Shown: in pieces, positions 20,784 through 29,509 of the stretch
How the letters are laid out: each line of letters begins with the position of its first letter
Position numbering within the stretch: the first letter of the stretch is position 1
Origin: Euryarchaeota archaeon UBA346
Lineage (GTDB): Archaea; Thermoplasmatota; E2; DHVEG-1
Reading direction: 5' to 3'
Length of the DNA stretch: 59,121 nt
Assembly (NCBI GenBank): GCA_002496355.1
Contig: DAJP01000050.1
Span: forward strand, 1,810 to 60,930
Program-made: the position numbers and the translations under genes
The notes under the pieces: generated by a model
What the model was told of the DNA's origin: nothing
Seen by the model: the letters and a program-made list of their open reading frames with translations, nothing else
Database searches by the model: none

Positions 20784-21800
20784 TCAGATGACGGTGAAAA
20801 AATTCAATTGGCCTAATTCTCCTAAAATAATCAGTGCGGTAAACCCGATTGCATAGATTAGATACGTCACATACATCAGTGTCCATGCTGAGACGTTTTC
20901 TAATGTTTCACTTTGCTGTTTTTGTTTGAGTATGAGGTAAAATACAAGGAACGCGGGTATAATAACAAACGTCAGTGGTAAAAAGTACGCGTTTATCAAT
21001 TGATAATGGATTGCGACAGGAATTAGAGCGAAAGGAACAATCAGAAACGGGAGCGATATGAGCGCCGCTTTTTTTGTTCCATATGTGTTGATAAGCGTCC
21101 GTGTCCCGGTTTTCCTGTCAGCTTCACAATCGACGATATCTTTCGATGTCATTGCTCCTATGAAATACATCAGTGCCACAAGGCCAATTGTCAAGGGTAC
21201 TGGTTGGAATGGATCCCCAAAGACGCTCCATGATGCAAGGACTGCGAATAATCCTCGTGGAATTGCTATCCATACTTGATTGATAAAAAGAAATCGTTTC
21301 ATCCGTGGTGGAAGGGAATATACGACCGTAAATACCATAATGAGGAAAACGAACACGCCGAACCAGGTATTGATGGTCACCGCCCGTAACAGTGCGAATA
21401 GGTAGAGAATGTACGCGATGCTCTGTGCTTCATCCCGTTCGACAACACCCCGGGGGATCGGTCGGTATGGTTTTGAGATTTTATCTGCATCTACGTCCGT
21501 TGCTTGGTTGAGTGCATTTGATGCACCGTTCAGAAACGCTAAGGTAAGGCTTGCTTGACCAATGATGATCCACCAGTTCGGGAATTCGAGGAACTTATTG
21601 TTGTACACAAGGCTAGCGAACATGATGAACATCGAAACAAAAAAGGGAGCAAGTAAGGTAAACGGCCTGAGTAAATCGAAATATCCCCTAAATTTTTTTG
21701 AAAGAAACCTGCTTTTTGCATATGGTTCTTTCATGGTCAATTTCACAGACATTGGCACCAGGAACCTCGACTTTCCGTTTTTGTGAATAGAGATGGACAT
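20784..21800 (-). CDS. UbiA-family prenyltransferase (paralog A2, close paralog of A1)
   Basis: LLRPFTLLAP, NQATDVDADKISKPYRPIPRG, KDIVDCEAD. Confidence 0.9.
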   Translation of the reverse strand: MSISIHKNGKSRFLVPMSVKLTMKEPYAKSRFLSKKFRGYFDLLRPFTLLAPFFVSMFIMFASLVYNNKFLEFPNWWIIIGQASLTLAFLNGASNALNQATDVDADKISKPYRPIPRGVVERDEAQSIAYILYLFALLRAVTINTWFGVFVFLIMVFTVVYSLPPRMKRFLFINQVWIAIPRGLFAVLASWSVFGDPFQPVPLTIGLVALMYFIGAMTSKDIVDCEADRKTGTRTLINTYGTKKAALISLPFLIVPFALIPVAIHYQLINAYFLPLTFVIIPAFLVFYLILKQKQQSETLENVSAWTLMYVTYLIYAIGFTALIILGELGQLNFFTVI

Positions 21801-21869
21801 TATATTAATTGCTCTTAGAGTTGAATCGATACTTTTCGGTGTACCACCAGGTTTAAAAATTTTATAAAG

Positions 21870-23252
21870 TTATGTAGATTTATTCAGTATTTCTTGGATG
21901 ATTCGCGCGGAGTTTATCGCACAATTAATTCCAATGCCTGGTGCTTTCACACAATCGCCGATGAGGTAGAGGTTTTCGATTGGGGTCTGTATGTCCGGCT
22001 TCGTGTTCATCAGCGTTTTTGCCACACCATCCAGATGCCAGATCGCGGGATAAATTGCCCACTCAAGCTGTGATTGATATTGCGGAATGATCCGTTCCAA
22101 GTTCTTATCTAACGCCTCTTTCAACGTGCGTAGAGCTTTTTTATCTCGTGCTTCCTTCGGCGTACAAATGATATAGGATTGAACAAGATACCGGGACGGG
22201 GGCGATAACCCTGCCTCGGGTTTTGCGGTGATAAAATCAATCATGCCGACCGCATCATTTCCCTCCACCCCAAGGTTCCGTTCGATGAAAATAAAGGATT
22301 TCCCGATTAAATCAGGATTCATGTTTTTCAGAGAATAATACCCACACAGACTGCCGGTTCCTTCTAACGCCTTCATGGTTGTGACATAATCTGTTGGGAA
22401 TAGTTGTTCATCAGCGATGGAGAACAGCTCCTGGACCAGGATATTAGAAACGACAATATCAAAGGTGTATTCCTTATCCGCGATTACGCCCTGTGCCTTG
22501 TTCTTTTTGATAATGATTTGTTTAACCGGGGTATTGAGATGGAGTCTCCCACCATTTTTTTCGATGTACTCCGCGATTGTCTGACAGATTTTCAGCAGCC
22601 CCTGCTGTGGATAGTTCACCCCACCTAACCGCATGTCCTTCTGGGTACGAAACACTTCACCGGTGGAGATCACATCAAGATTATTGATGGTGCTAATCAG
22701 CCGTGCATTTACCTCCAGGATAATCTTCATCTTGCCTTTTCCGTACTTCTTTATTGTCTCCGTCATGGACACGGTGTCCAGCTCTCTCATGGTCTTCTCA
22801 CGAGACAACAACAAGCGTGCGATATTCGGCAGCATCGCGATCTTATCAGCAGTGGTCGCAAAATACCCGAAATGATCGTTTTTTTGTTCAAACAACCGGG
22901 ATTTTAAGATAGTCACCTTCTCAAAAGACTCCCCAAGGATGTCCCGGAGTTTAACGACGATCCCACTCCCAATCATATGAAACCCCAGGTCAAGGGTAAA
23001 ACCATCGAACATGTTCTCCCGGAAGATATCCTCCAGTGCGGGTTCTGCAAACACAATCACGGTATTATATTTTGTCAGAGTCTGTTTGTAGGACTCCAAT
23101 GTCTGTGAGGACATCTGTATGGACATGGCCCGCCCCCCGACCGTTGGTTCCTTCTCAAAAATTTCGACAGAAAAACCTTTTTTCAGAAGCAAGGCGGCAG
23201 CTGTTAAACCACCGATTCCCGCCCCAATGATGCAGACGTTCTTTTGTTTCAT
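21870..23252 (-). CDS. Phytoene desaturase (CrtI)-like FAD-dependent oxidoreductase/hydratase
   Basis: IIGAGIGGL..A...EK..VGGR Rossmann motif, DLGFH, NLYLIGD..GIGINCA. ATG at 23252 follows SD AGGTG. Confidence 0.82.
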   Translation of the reverse strand: MKQKNVCIIGAGIGGLTAAALLLKKGFSVEIFEKEPTVGGRAMSIQMSSQTLESYKQTLTKYNTVIVFAEPALEDIFRENMFDGFTLDLGFHMIGSGIVVKLRDILGESFEKVTILKSRLFEQKNDHFGYFATTADKIAMLPNIARLLLSREKTMRELDTVSMTETIKKYGKGKMKIILEVNARLISTINNLDVISTGEVFRTQKDMRLGGVNYPQQGLLKICQTIAEYIEKNGGRLHLNTPVKQIIIKKNKAQGVIADKEYTFDIVVSNILVQELFSIADEQLFPTDYVTTMKALEGTGSLCGYYSLKNMNPDLIGKSFIFIERNLGVEGNDAVGMIDFITAKPEAGLSPPSRYLVQSYIICTPKEARDKKALRTLKEALDKNLERIIPQYQSQLEWAIYPAIWHLDGVAKTLMNTKPDIQTPIENLYLIGDCVKAPGIGINCAINSARIIQEILNKST

Positions 23253-23273
23253 AGTCCATAACACCTTTTTCAT

Positions 23274-24488
23274 CTATTTTAACAGATGTAATCTATTCCT
23301 CAGCGAACTATAAAAAAACCTTCGTATGATCTTCCATTTATACTGTTGGACACTTATTTGTCCGGTGATGACACCCATCATGAGGTCGGTGAGTACCGGA
23401 TCTTTGCATGCGATGGAAAACACTTTCTCAGCGTATTCCATGCTTCCTCGCTTCACAACCCGTAAAATAAGGTCGATATCCCGTCCAAAATCTTTTTGCC
23501 AGCGTATCTGATATTGAGCTAAGACCTCTTCTGTTGGCTGTTCTTTTTCTAAAGCTTCCGTGATTACCTGGGCAGCGATTCGCCCTGACGCCATCGCGTA
23601 ATAAATCCCCTCTCCCGATAAGGGGTTGACAAATCCTGCTGCGTCTCCGACGAGGAGCAGTCGGTTCAAATAAGTTTTTTCCAAAGGATGGGTCAGTAGC
23701 GCTCCACCTTTTACCGGTTCTTCTTTTAGGTTTTTCGGAATCAAGTCTTTCTCTTTTAATAGTGTGAGATACTCCTGATAACAATGCAGGATATTGAGTT
23801 TCTGCTGTTGAGGTTTATCTACTTGAATGATCCCAAAACCAATGTTCAAATGCCTCTTTTTCGGGAACACCCAACCATATCCTGCGACTGTCTTGAACCT
23901 CGAATGGATATAACAATGACGTGATTTTTTGAAATACTGATCCATGATTTGTTCATCCACCTCGAATTCTTGCAGGATGCAGATTCCCATACTTGTCCTG
24001 GCTCTTCGAAGTTCAAAGTGTTTCGCAATCGGGCTTGTGACACCATCGGCGCCAACGATGATTTCTGAGCTAATCGTTGCTCCTTGATCGATGGTGACTT
24101 GAGCGATGTCGTCAGATAGATGAACAGCTGAGACTGAAGATCCGTCCTGGAACACCGCGCCAGCATCCTTTGCGAACTTCACCAATTCAAAATCAAATTT
24201 TTTCCTCAAGATCGTCGCGATGATGGGAGTTTCTTTGAAAATTTCAATCTGATGCTGTAACGATGGAGAATACACTGTCCCACTTGAGGTATACGCTTCA
24301 ATAATCGTATCATTCACAACATAGGGGAATCTCTGAAGCACGCGAATCGGTAGTCCCCCGCCACAGGGTTTGTCGCGTGGAAATTTTTCCTTATCAAGTA
24401 AAAGCGTCTTAAAACCTTTTTCTGCAAGAAATTTTGCTGTTGTCGAGCCTGCAGGTCCAGCCCCGACTATTGTTACATCGTAATCTAT
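23274..24488 (-). CDS. Geranylgeranyl reductase family flavoprotein (non-canonical ATA start)
   Basis: Frame extends upstream of the listed ORF through DYDVTIVGAGPAGS and FPRDKPCGGG. Also GADG, YGWVFP, GDAAGFVNPLSGEGI. Confidence 0.9.
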   Translation of the reverse strand: MDYDVTIVGAGPAGSTTAKFLAEKGFKTLLLDKEKFPRDKPCGGGLPIRVLQRFPYVVNDTIIEAYTSSGTVYSPSLQHQIEIFKETPIIATILRKKFDFELVKFAKDAGAVFQDGSSVSAVHLSDDIAQVTIDQGATISSEIIVGADGVTSPIAKHFELRRARTSMGICILQEFEVDEQIMDQYFKKSRHCYIHSRFKTVAGYGWVFPKKRHLNIGFGIIQVDKPQQQKLNILHCYQEYLTLLKEKDLIPKNLKEEPVKGGALLTHPLEKTYLNRLLLVGDAAGFVNPLSGEGIYYAMASGRIAAQVITEALEKEQPTEEVLAQYQIRWQKDFGRDIDLILRVVKRGSMEYAEKVFSIACKDPVLTDLMMGVITGQISVQQYKWKIIRRFFYSSLRNRLHLLK

Positions 24489-24513
24489 TTTAATTCCCCT
24501 ATCTTAAATTTGA

Positions 24514-25518
24514 CTACATCCTAGGTTTAAACAATTCTTCTCCAAGAAGCGGTGTAAAAATTATATACCAGAATATTGGAAAAATAATTAATATCACTGA
24601 GGTAAGAGTACCAATTATTGGAATTAACATTATCGGCACAAGAGAATATCTTAAAAATGATTGAACGCCAATTATTTTCCTTATTTTACTTCTTTCAAAA
24701 ATTTTCATAGTTAAAAATTTCACACTTAAGGCTAATAAAATAAAAGTTAGGGCTGCTAATAAAATAATTTGCCACGAGTAGTAGTTATATCCAAAAAACA
24801 CAAAGGGTGTGAATAATAGAACAGCTGAAAACAATCGTATACCAAACCCAAATGCCTTAAAAATATTTGGAATAATAAGATTATTACCTTCTACTTTTAC
24901 TCCTGAAGAAAGCGCCATGTTTGTAACACCCATTTTATAATCATGGTCTGCATCTTTTATTCCGCCCTCAACAGCATTCATATGTATTGCTTGATTAAAT
25001 GTTAGAATAAATATTATCCATGTTATTATTGTTGGTTGACCAAATGAAAGAGCACCAAATAAGAAAACAAACGACATTGATATTGAAACAAGAAAATCAG
25101 AGCCGACGATTTTTTTACCATATAAATCATAGACACTACCAAGAATTCCTGCCAGGATAATACAGATAATTGCAACTAATTTGTTACTATCAATTGGTTT
25201 ATTATAATAAAGTATTGAAATAAGAAAGAATGTCAATAAAATAAGAAGAATTGCCATCATTAATGCTGATCTTTTTGAAACATCTCCGCTGACAAGTGGC
25301 TTTTTTTTCAAATCATCAACAAGATTATCGAGTTCAACATCAGCATAATCGTTTAGTAAAAAACCAAAAACAGCTGAAAAAGAGCCAATTAAAAAAACAA
25401 TAGATAGATTCAATAAATCGTATTCACCGACTGATATTGCACCGATTAATGTGGTTGTTCCAAGGGCGCCGATTCCAGGGAGGCGAAGGAGTTTCGCGTA
25501 CGCAGCTACCTTGTTCAT
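24514..25518 (-). CDS. UbiA-family prenyltransferase (paralog B, AT-rich)
   Basis: NDYADVELD..KKPLVSG, GIKDADHD, multi-TM. Confidence 0.87.
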   Translation of the reverse strand: MNKVAAYAKLLRLPGIGALGTTTLIGAISVGEYDLLNLSIVFLIGSFSAVFGFLLNDYADVELDNLVDDLKKKPLVSGDVSKRSALMMAILLILLTFFLISILYYNKPIDSNKLVAIICIILAGILGSVYDLYGKKIVGSDFLVSISMSFVFLFGALSFGQPTIITWIIFILTFNQAIHMNAVEGGIKDADHDYKMGVTNMALSSGVKVEGNNLIIPNIFKAFGFGIRLFSAVLLFTPFVFFGYNYYSWQIILLAALTFILLALSVKFLTMKIFERSKIRKIIGVQSFLRYSLVPIMLIPIIGTLTSVILIIFPIFWYIIFTPLLGEELFKPRM

Positions 25519-25574
25519 GGAAATGTGTTAAAGTCAGACGCTATTTGAGCTTTTCTAATTTATATGCCTTCTGA

Positions 25575-26510
25575 TTAGTAAAATATCTCAAGGAAAATAA
25601 AAATTTGGAAGACGATGATCATGACCCGTGTCCCGACCCGTTCATATCGTTCAAATGATTTCCATATCCTTTTTTCGTCATCTGTTTTAATGACAACCCT
25701 GTAAGTAAAAAACCAGGTGAGTAACAGAGATGCAGCTAAAATACTCCCGCCGATAAGGTATACGGCACCAAAGACTTGAGGCATGTGTATGCCTGCCCAA
25801 TCCCACGATGATAAGGGAAAGATAGGAATAAACAACAGATAAAAAAGTAAAGCGATTTGCACGGATCGCTTTCGTCCATGGCGGACTGATGTTGTCTTAA
25901 AACCTGCTTTTAGATCACCGACATAGTCACCTGCGCCCACCATGATTTCTCTGCCCGTCTCTAGGAAAAAGATTGCAACCGCGAGTGGCAACATCAGCAG
26001 AGGTTGATTCGGGAAAACCGCAAGACCACCCCAATACGGTATCGCGCCAACACCAAAGGCGACCGCCATATGTCCCACAAGCCCATGGTGCTTTCCATAA
26101 TAATTATAATATAAACCAACAACAACCAAAATAAAGGTGAAAAGACCACACTCCCAATTGAGCGCGCCTGTATCCATATAATCAACCAGGGTACCTAGAA
26201 AAATTGAGCCAATCATTAATGTTAGTCCCGTGTAATAAACTGTTTTTTCTTTGAGGATTCCCGCTGGAACAGGTTTTTTTGGCCGGTTGATTTTATCTGA
26301 CTCTAAATCAGTAATATCATTATGAAACATTGTTCCTGTCGAAAGAAACGCAGGAGTTAGTATTAGCAGAAGGATCTGATAATAGGATAATGTCACACCC
26401 ATGAACAACGCGCAGTTTAAGGCACTCACAAGGGCTCCAAAACTGCAGAGAAATAAAATCGGTGGACGAATCATTCGTATCCAAGCGATTGTTAACGTCC
26501 CTAAACCCAT
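25575..26510 (-). CDS. UbiA-family prenyltransferase (paralog C, DGGGP-synthase-like)
   Basis: MIRP, NDITDLESDKINRPKKPVPAG, REIMVGAGDYVGD..AGFKT. Confidence 0.87.
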   Translation of the reverse strand: MGLGTLTIAWIRMIRPPILFLCSFGALVSALNCALFMGVTLSYYQILLLILTPAFLSTGTMFHNDITDLESDKINRPKKPVPAGILKEKTVYYTGLTLMIGSIFLGTLVDYMDTGALNWECGLFTFILVVVGLYYNYYGKHHGLVGHMAVAFGVGAIPYWGGLAVFPNQPLLMLPLAVAIFFLETGREIMVGAGDYVGDLKAGFKTTSVRHGRKRSVQIALLFYLLFIPIFPLSSWDWAGIHMPQVFGAVYLIGGSILAASLLLTWFFTYRVVIKTDDEKRIWKSFERYERVGTRVMIIVFQIFIFLEIFY

Positions 26511-26581
26511 GCCTTCCAATAATAGAGATTTCCTTTATTACTTTAATGGTTTCCTCTTGGTAAAAAAGAATGAAGTATTTC

Positions 26582-27259
26582 TTACGACAGACCGATAAAT
26601 CCAAAAAGTTTTACAATAAGAGCATGGACGACGAAGATGACTGAACCGGTAATTGCAATCGACGAGATCGAAAGAAGAACCTTCCTGTTCTCAGAGAATC
26701 GTGATCGTTCAATAAGCAACGTAGCAATGGACATAAAGAAAATAAGGACAAACCAACCAACAAAATTGAGAATTGGTACATTGAAAAATTTGATGCCTGC
26801 GAGGGATTCTCCCCAGATCCACCAGTTATTGTGATGAGCGATAGGGTCCTCAAGCAAATCGAGGCAGACCCCAAAAACCCCGGCTGCGAATGATATAAAA
26901 ATTATTCGCACATAATTCTGTTTTTGATACAGCTTTGAGATAAAATATTTGCCTAGATTCATGAATAAAAAAAGATTCACGCTCCAGGCCAGTATGATGA
27001 TTAAAGGAACAGCACCACCGACAACCGAGAGATAGATAATATACCCGGAGTAATAGTATCTGCCTCCCGCGACTCCCGCTGATTCGATGATGAGGGTCGC
27101 AATGATGATTGGCAAAAAATACACGATGGTCATTCTCGTCCCATATTTCTTGTAGGAATAATAAACAAGAAAGACCCATGTTATGGCAATCACCGCGATG
27201 AATGGTGCAAGAAGCTGGGTGTGCTCCCCGAAATTTTGGTTAATCTCAATGATCGCCAT
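26582..27259 (-). CDS. CruF-like carotenoid biosynthesis/hydratase membrane protein
   Basis: ESAGV..GRYYY, VPLIIILAW, DLLEDP, WWIW, VPILNFVGWF pattern typical of CruF/DUF422. Confidence 0.75.
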   Translation of the reverse strand: MAIIEINQNFGEHTQLLAPFIAVIAITWVFLVYYSYKKYGTRMTIVYFLPIIIATLIIESAGVAGGRYYYSGYIIYLSVVGGAVPLIIILAWSVNLFLFMNLGKYFISKLYQKQNYVRIIFISFAAGVFGVCLDLLEDPIAHHNNWWIWGESLAGIKFFNVPILNFVGWFVLIFFMSIATLLIERSRFSENRKVLLSISSIAITGSVIFVVHALIVKLFGFIGLS

Positions 27260-27263
27260 GTGC

Positions 27264-27599
27264 TTATGACACCTTTGATTTACTCGTTTTATATTCAATA
27301 AGTATCAATATGATAAGAGGAATCGCTGCGATGATTCCACCGATGATTGTGGGGACCAAAAAGTCTGATAATAACCCTATAATGATGATCATGATCCAGA
27401 CAAACAGGTATACCACCACATAGAAGTTCACCCGAAATTTAATGAATGTAATAAAATCTGTTTTTTGGTCCTCGGAAATCTGAGAGGTTTCTTTCTTGGG
27501 TAGAAAGAACAGGATTATCGTCGTGATGATTCCTGTGATACCTAACGGGAGAAATAAAAAGATATTATCTATGATAAACTGGCTGAGGGTTTTCTCCAT
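27264..27599 (-). CDS. Small membrane protein (3 TM)
   Basis: 111-aa hydrophobic ORF at the head of the minus-strand run. Confidence 0.6.
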   Translation of the reverse strand: MEKTLSQFIIDNIFLFLPLGITGIITTIILFFLPKKETSQISEDQKTDFITFIKFRVNFYVVVYLFVWIMIIIIGLLSDFLVPTIIGGIIAAIPLIILILIEYKTSKSKVS

Positions 27600-27742
27600 G
27601 GAAGACTCAATTTAGCGTAAACCTACTGGGTCTTAATAATGTTTTTATGAATGTTTCACAGGATGTTTTATGAGACAAACGATTTCTTTTACACAACCGG
27701 AAAACATATTCTTATTAACCTGTTTTTCTATGTTGACGTTTA

Positions 27743-28381
27743 ATGATTATCACCAAGCAGAAAAATGTTGAAGAACTTCTCCGTTGTGTTGATTCAAAAC
27801 CGGTGTTTCTTATTGGATGCAGCCAATGCGCAACCATTTGTCATACTGGTGGGAAAGACGAAGTGATCGCATTGAAGAAAGCATTCGAAACAAAAAAGAT
27901 TCCCGTATCTGGTTGGGTGATCCTTGAACCAGCATGCCATCAGATGAATGATAAACGGATGCTCAAAGACAATGCAGAGGAATTGAAAAAATCTGAAAAA
28001 ATCCTTGTTCTTGCCTGCGGCAATGGAATACAAACCATTGCTGGTCTCATCCCCGAAAAAGAGATCATCGCCGGGACTGACACCTTGTTCTTAGGGGAAA
28101 TCACTCATGCCTCTGAGTTTCACAAACGATGTATCATGTGTGGTGAATGTCTCCTGGAGCTCTATGGCGGACTCTGCCCTGTCTCGCAATGTCCGAAATC
28201 GATGCTGAACGGCCCTTGTGGTGGTTCGTCACATGGAAAATGTGAGATAAACCAGCAGATCGAATGCATCTGGGATCGCATCATTCAGAATATGAAAAAA
28301 CGAGGAACATTACAAGCCTTATCAAATATACAACAGCCGAAGGATTGGTCGAAAGCAGGTGAGATGAACAGGAGAATCTGA
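27743..28381 (+). CDS. metV: MetV-type Fe-S/Zn subunit of methylene-THF reductase
   Basis: GCSQCATIC, LACGNG, CIMCGEC...CPVSQCPKSMLNGPCGG...C..CIW, directly upstream of metF. Confidence 0.88.
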   Translation: MIITKQKNVEELLRCVDSKPVFLIGCSQCATICHTGGKDEVIALKKAFETKKIPVSGWVILEPACHQMNDKRMLKDNAEELKKSEKILVLACGNGIQTIAGLIPEKEIIAGTDTLFLGEITHASEFHKRCIMCGECLLELYGGLCPVSQCPKSMLNGPCGGSSHGKCEINQQIECIWDRIIQNMKKRGTLQALSNIQQPKDWSKAGEMNRRI

Positions 28382-28382
28382 C

Positions 28383-29297
28383 GTGCCCTATCGCAGTAAC
28401 CTGGAAAAACGTCTTTCAGAAGGACATTTCGTCGTCACCGCAGAAATTGGACCCCCCAAAAGCGCTGATCCTCTCAAGATACGTGATAAAGCACTCTTAC
28501 TAGAGGGCTGTGCTGATGCGTTTAACGTCACTGATAATCAAACCGCTGTCGTGCGGATGTCTAGCTTTGCTGGTTCAGTACTCATTCTCCAGATGGAGAT
28601 GGAGCCTATCATGCAGATGACCTGTCGGGATAGAAATCGCATCAGCCTACAAAGCGATGTACTTGGTGCCACAGCACTTGGTGTCCGGAACATCCTCTGT
28701 CTTACGGGGGATCATCAGTCCTTTGGGAATCATCCTGCAGCAAAAGGTGTGTTTGATGTCGATTCTCTTCAACTCCTTCAGATCATTCAAAAAATGAGAG
28801 ATGAAGGGATTTTTCAAAGCGGTGACTCGTTGCTGGGGATACGGCCCTGTGTGTTTCTTGGTGCTGCAGCAAACCCCTATGCTGACCCTTTTGAAATTCA
28901 GGTGGATCGTGTACGGAAAAAAATTGATGCAGGGGCGCAATTTATTCAGACGCAAAGCGTGTATAATATTGAGAAGTTCTCTGCATGGATGGATGACGTC
29001 TGTTCGCAGGGGCTTGATAAAAAGGTCCATATCATTGCTGGTGTCACTCCTCTGAAATCTGTGAAAATGGCGGAGCGAATGAAATTTCACGTCCCCGGTA
29101 CTGATGTCCCGGATTTTGTATACGAGCGGATGAAGAATGCCTCTGACCCTGCTAAAGAAGGGTATCAGATAGCGCTCAAAACAATCCGGGAACTCAAACA
29201 ACTCAAAGGGATTCATGGCATCCACATCACCGCGTTATTCTGGGAGGAGATTATTCCTTCCCTTGTAAAAGAATCAGGCCTTCAAAGCCCACGGTGA
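28383..29297 (+). CDS. metF: 5,10-methylenetetrahydrofolate reductase
   Basis: TAEIGPPK, NVTDNQ, MTCRDRNR, LCLTGD, KKIDAGAQFIQTQ. Confidence 0.92.
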   Translation: MPYRSNLEKRLSEGHFVVTAEIGPPKSADPLKIRDKALLLEGCADAFNVTDNQTAVVRMSSFAGSVLILQMEMEPIMQMTCRDRNRISLQSDVLGATALGVRNILCLTGDHQSFGNHPAAKGVFDVDSLQLLQIIQKMRDEGIFQSGDSLLGIRPCVFLGAAANPYADPFEIQVDRVRKKIDAGAQFIQTQSVYNIEKFSAWMDDVCSQGLDKKVHIIAGVTPLKSVKMAERMKFHVPGTDVPDFVYERMKNASDPAKEGYQIALKTIRELKQLKGIHGIHITALFWEEIIPSLVKESGLQSPR

Positions 29298-29509
29298 TAT
29301 CTATGGATTTCACTCTTACTTTTTTAATATTACATCGTTTTCGCTGCCCATGTCATTTCTTCAGAAACAGGTGACATAGTCGAACAACATTTCTCATAAC
29401 AATATTAATATATTTAGAATTTAATATAATGAGCTCATCCATTTGAATGAACCAACTAGTGAGTATCTATCCAAAAAAATGAATATTTTGTAAGAAAAGG
29501 GAACGAGTA

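Noticed and set aside
21870..27259. Calling the locus a bacterioruberin/carotenoid pathway outright
   Set aside because: There is no phytoene synthase in the window, and the GGR and extra UbiA genes do not fit a simple carotenoid route, so it is kept as an open hypothesis.
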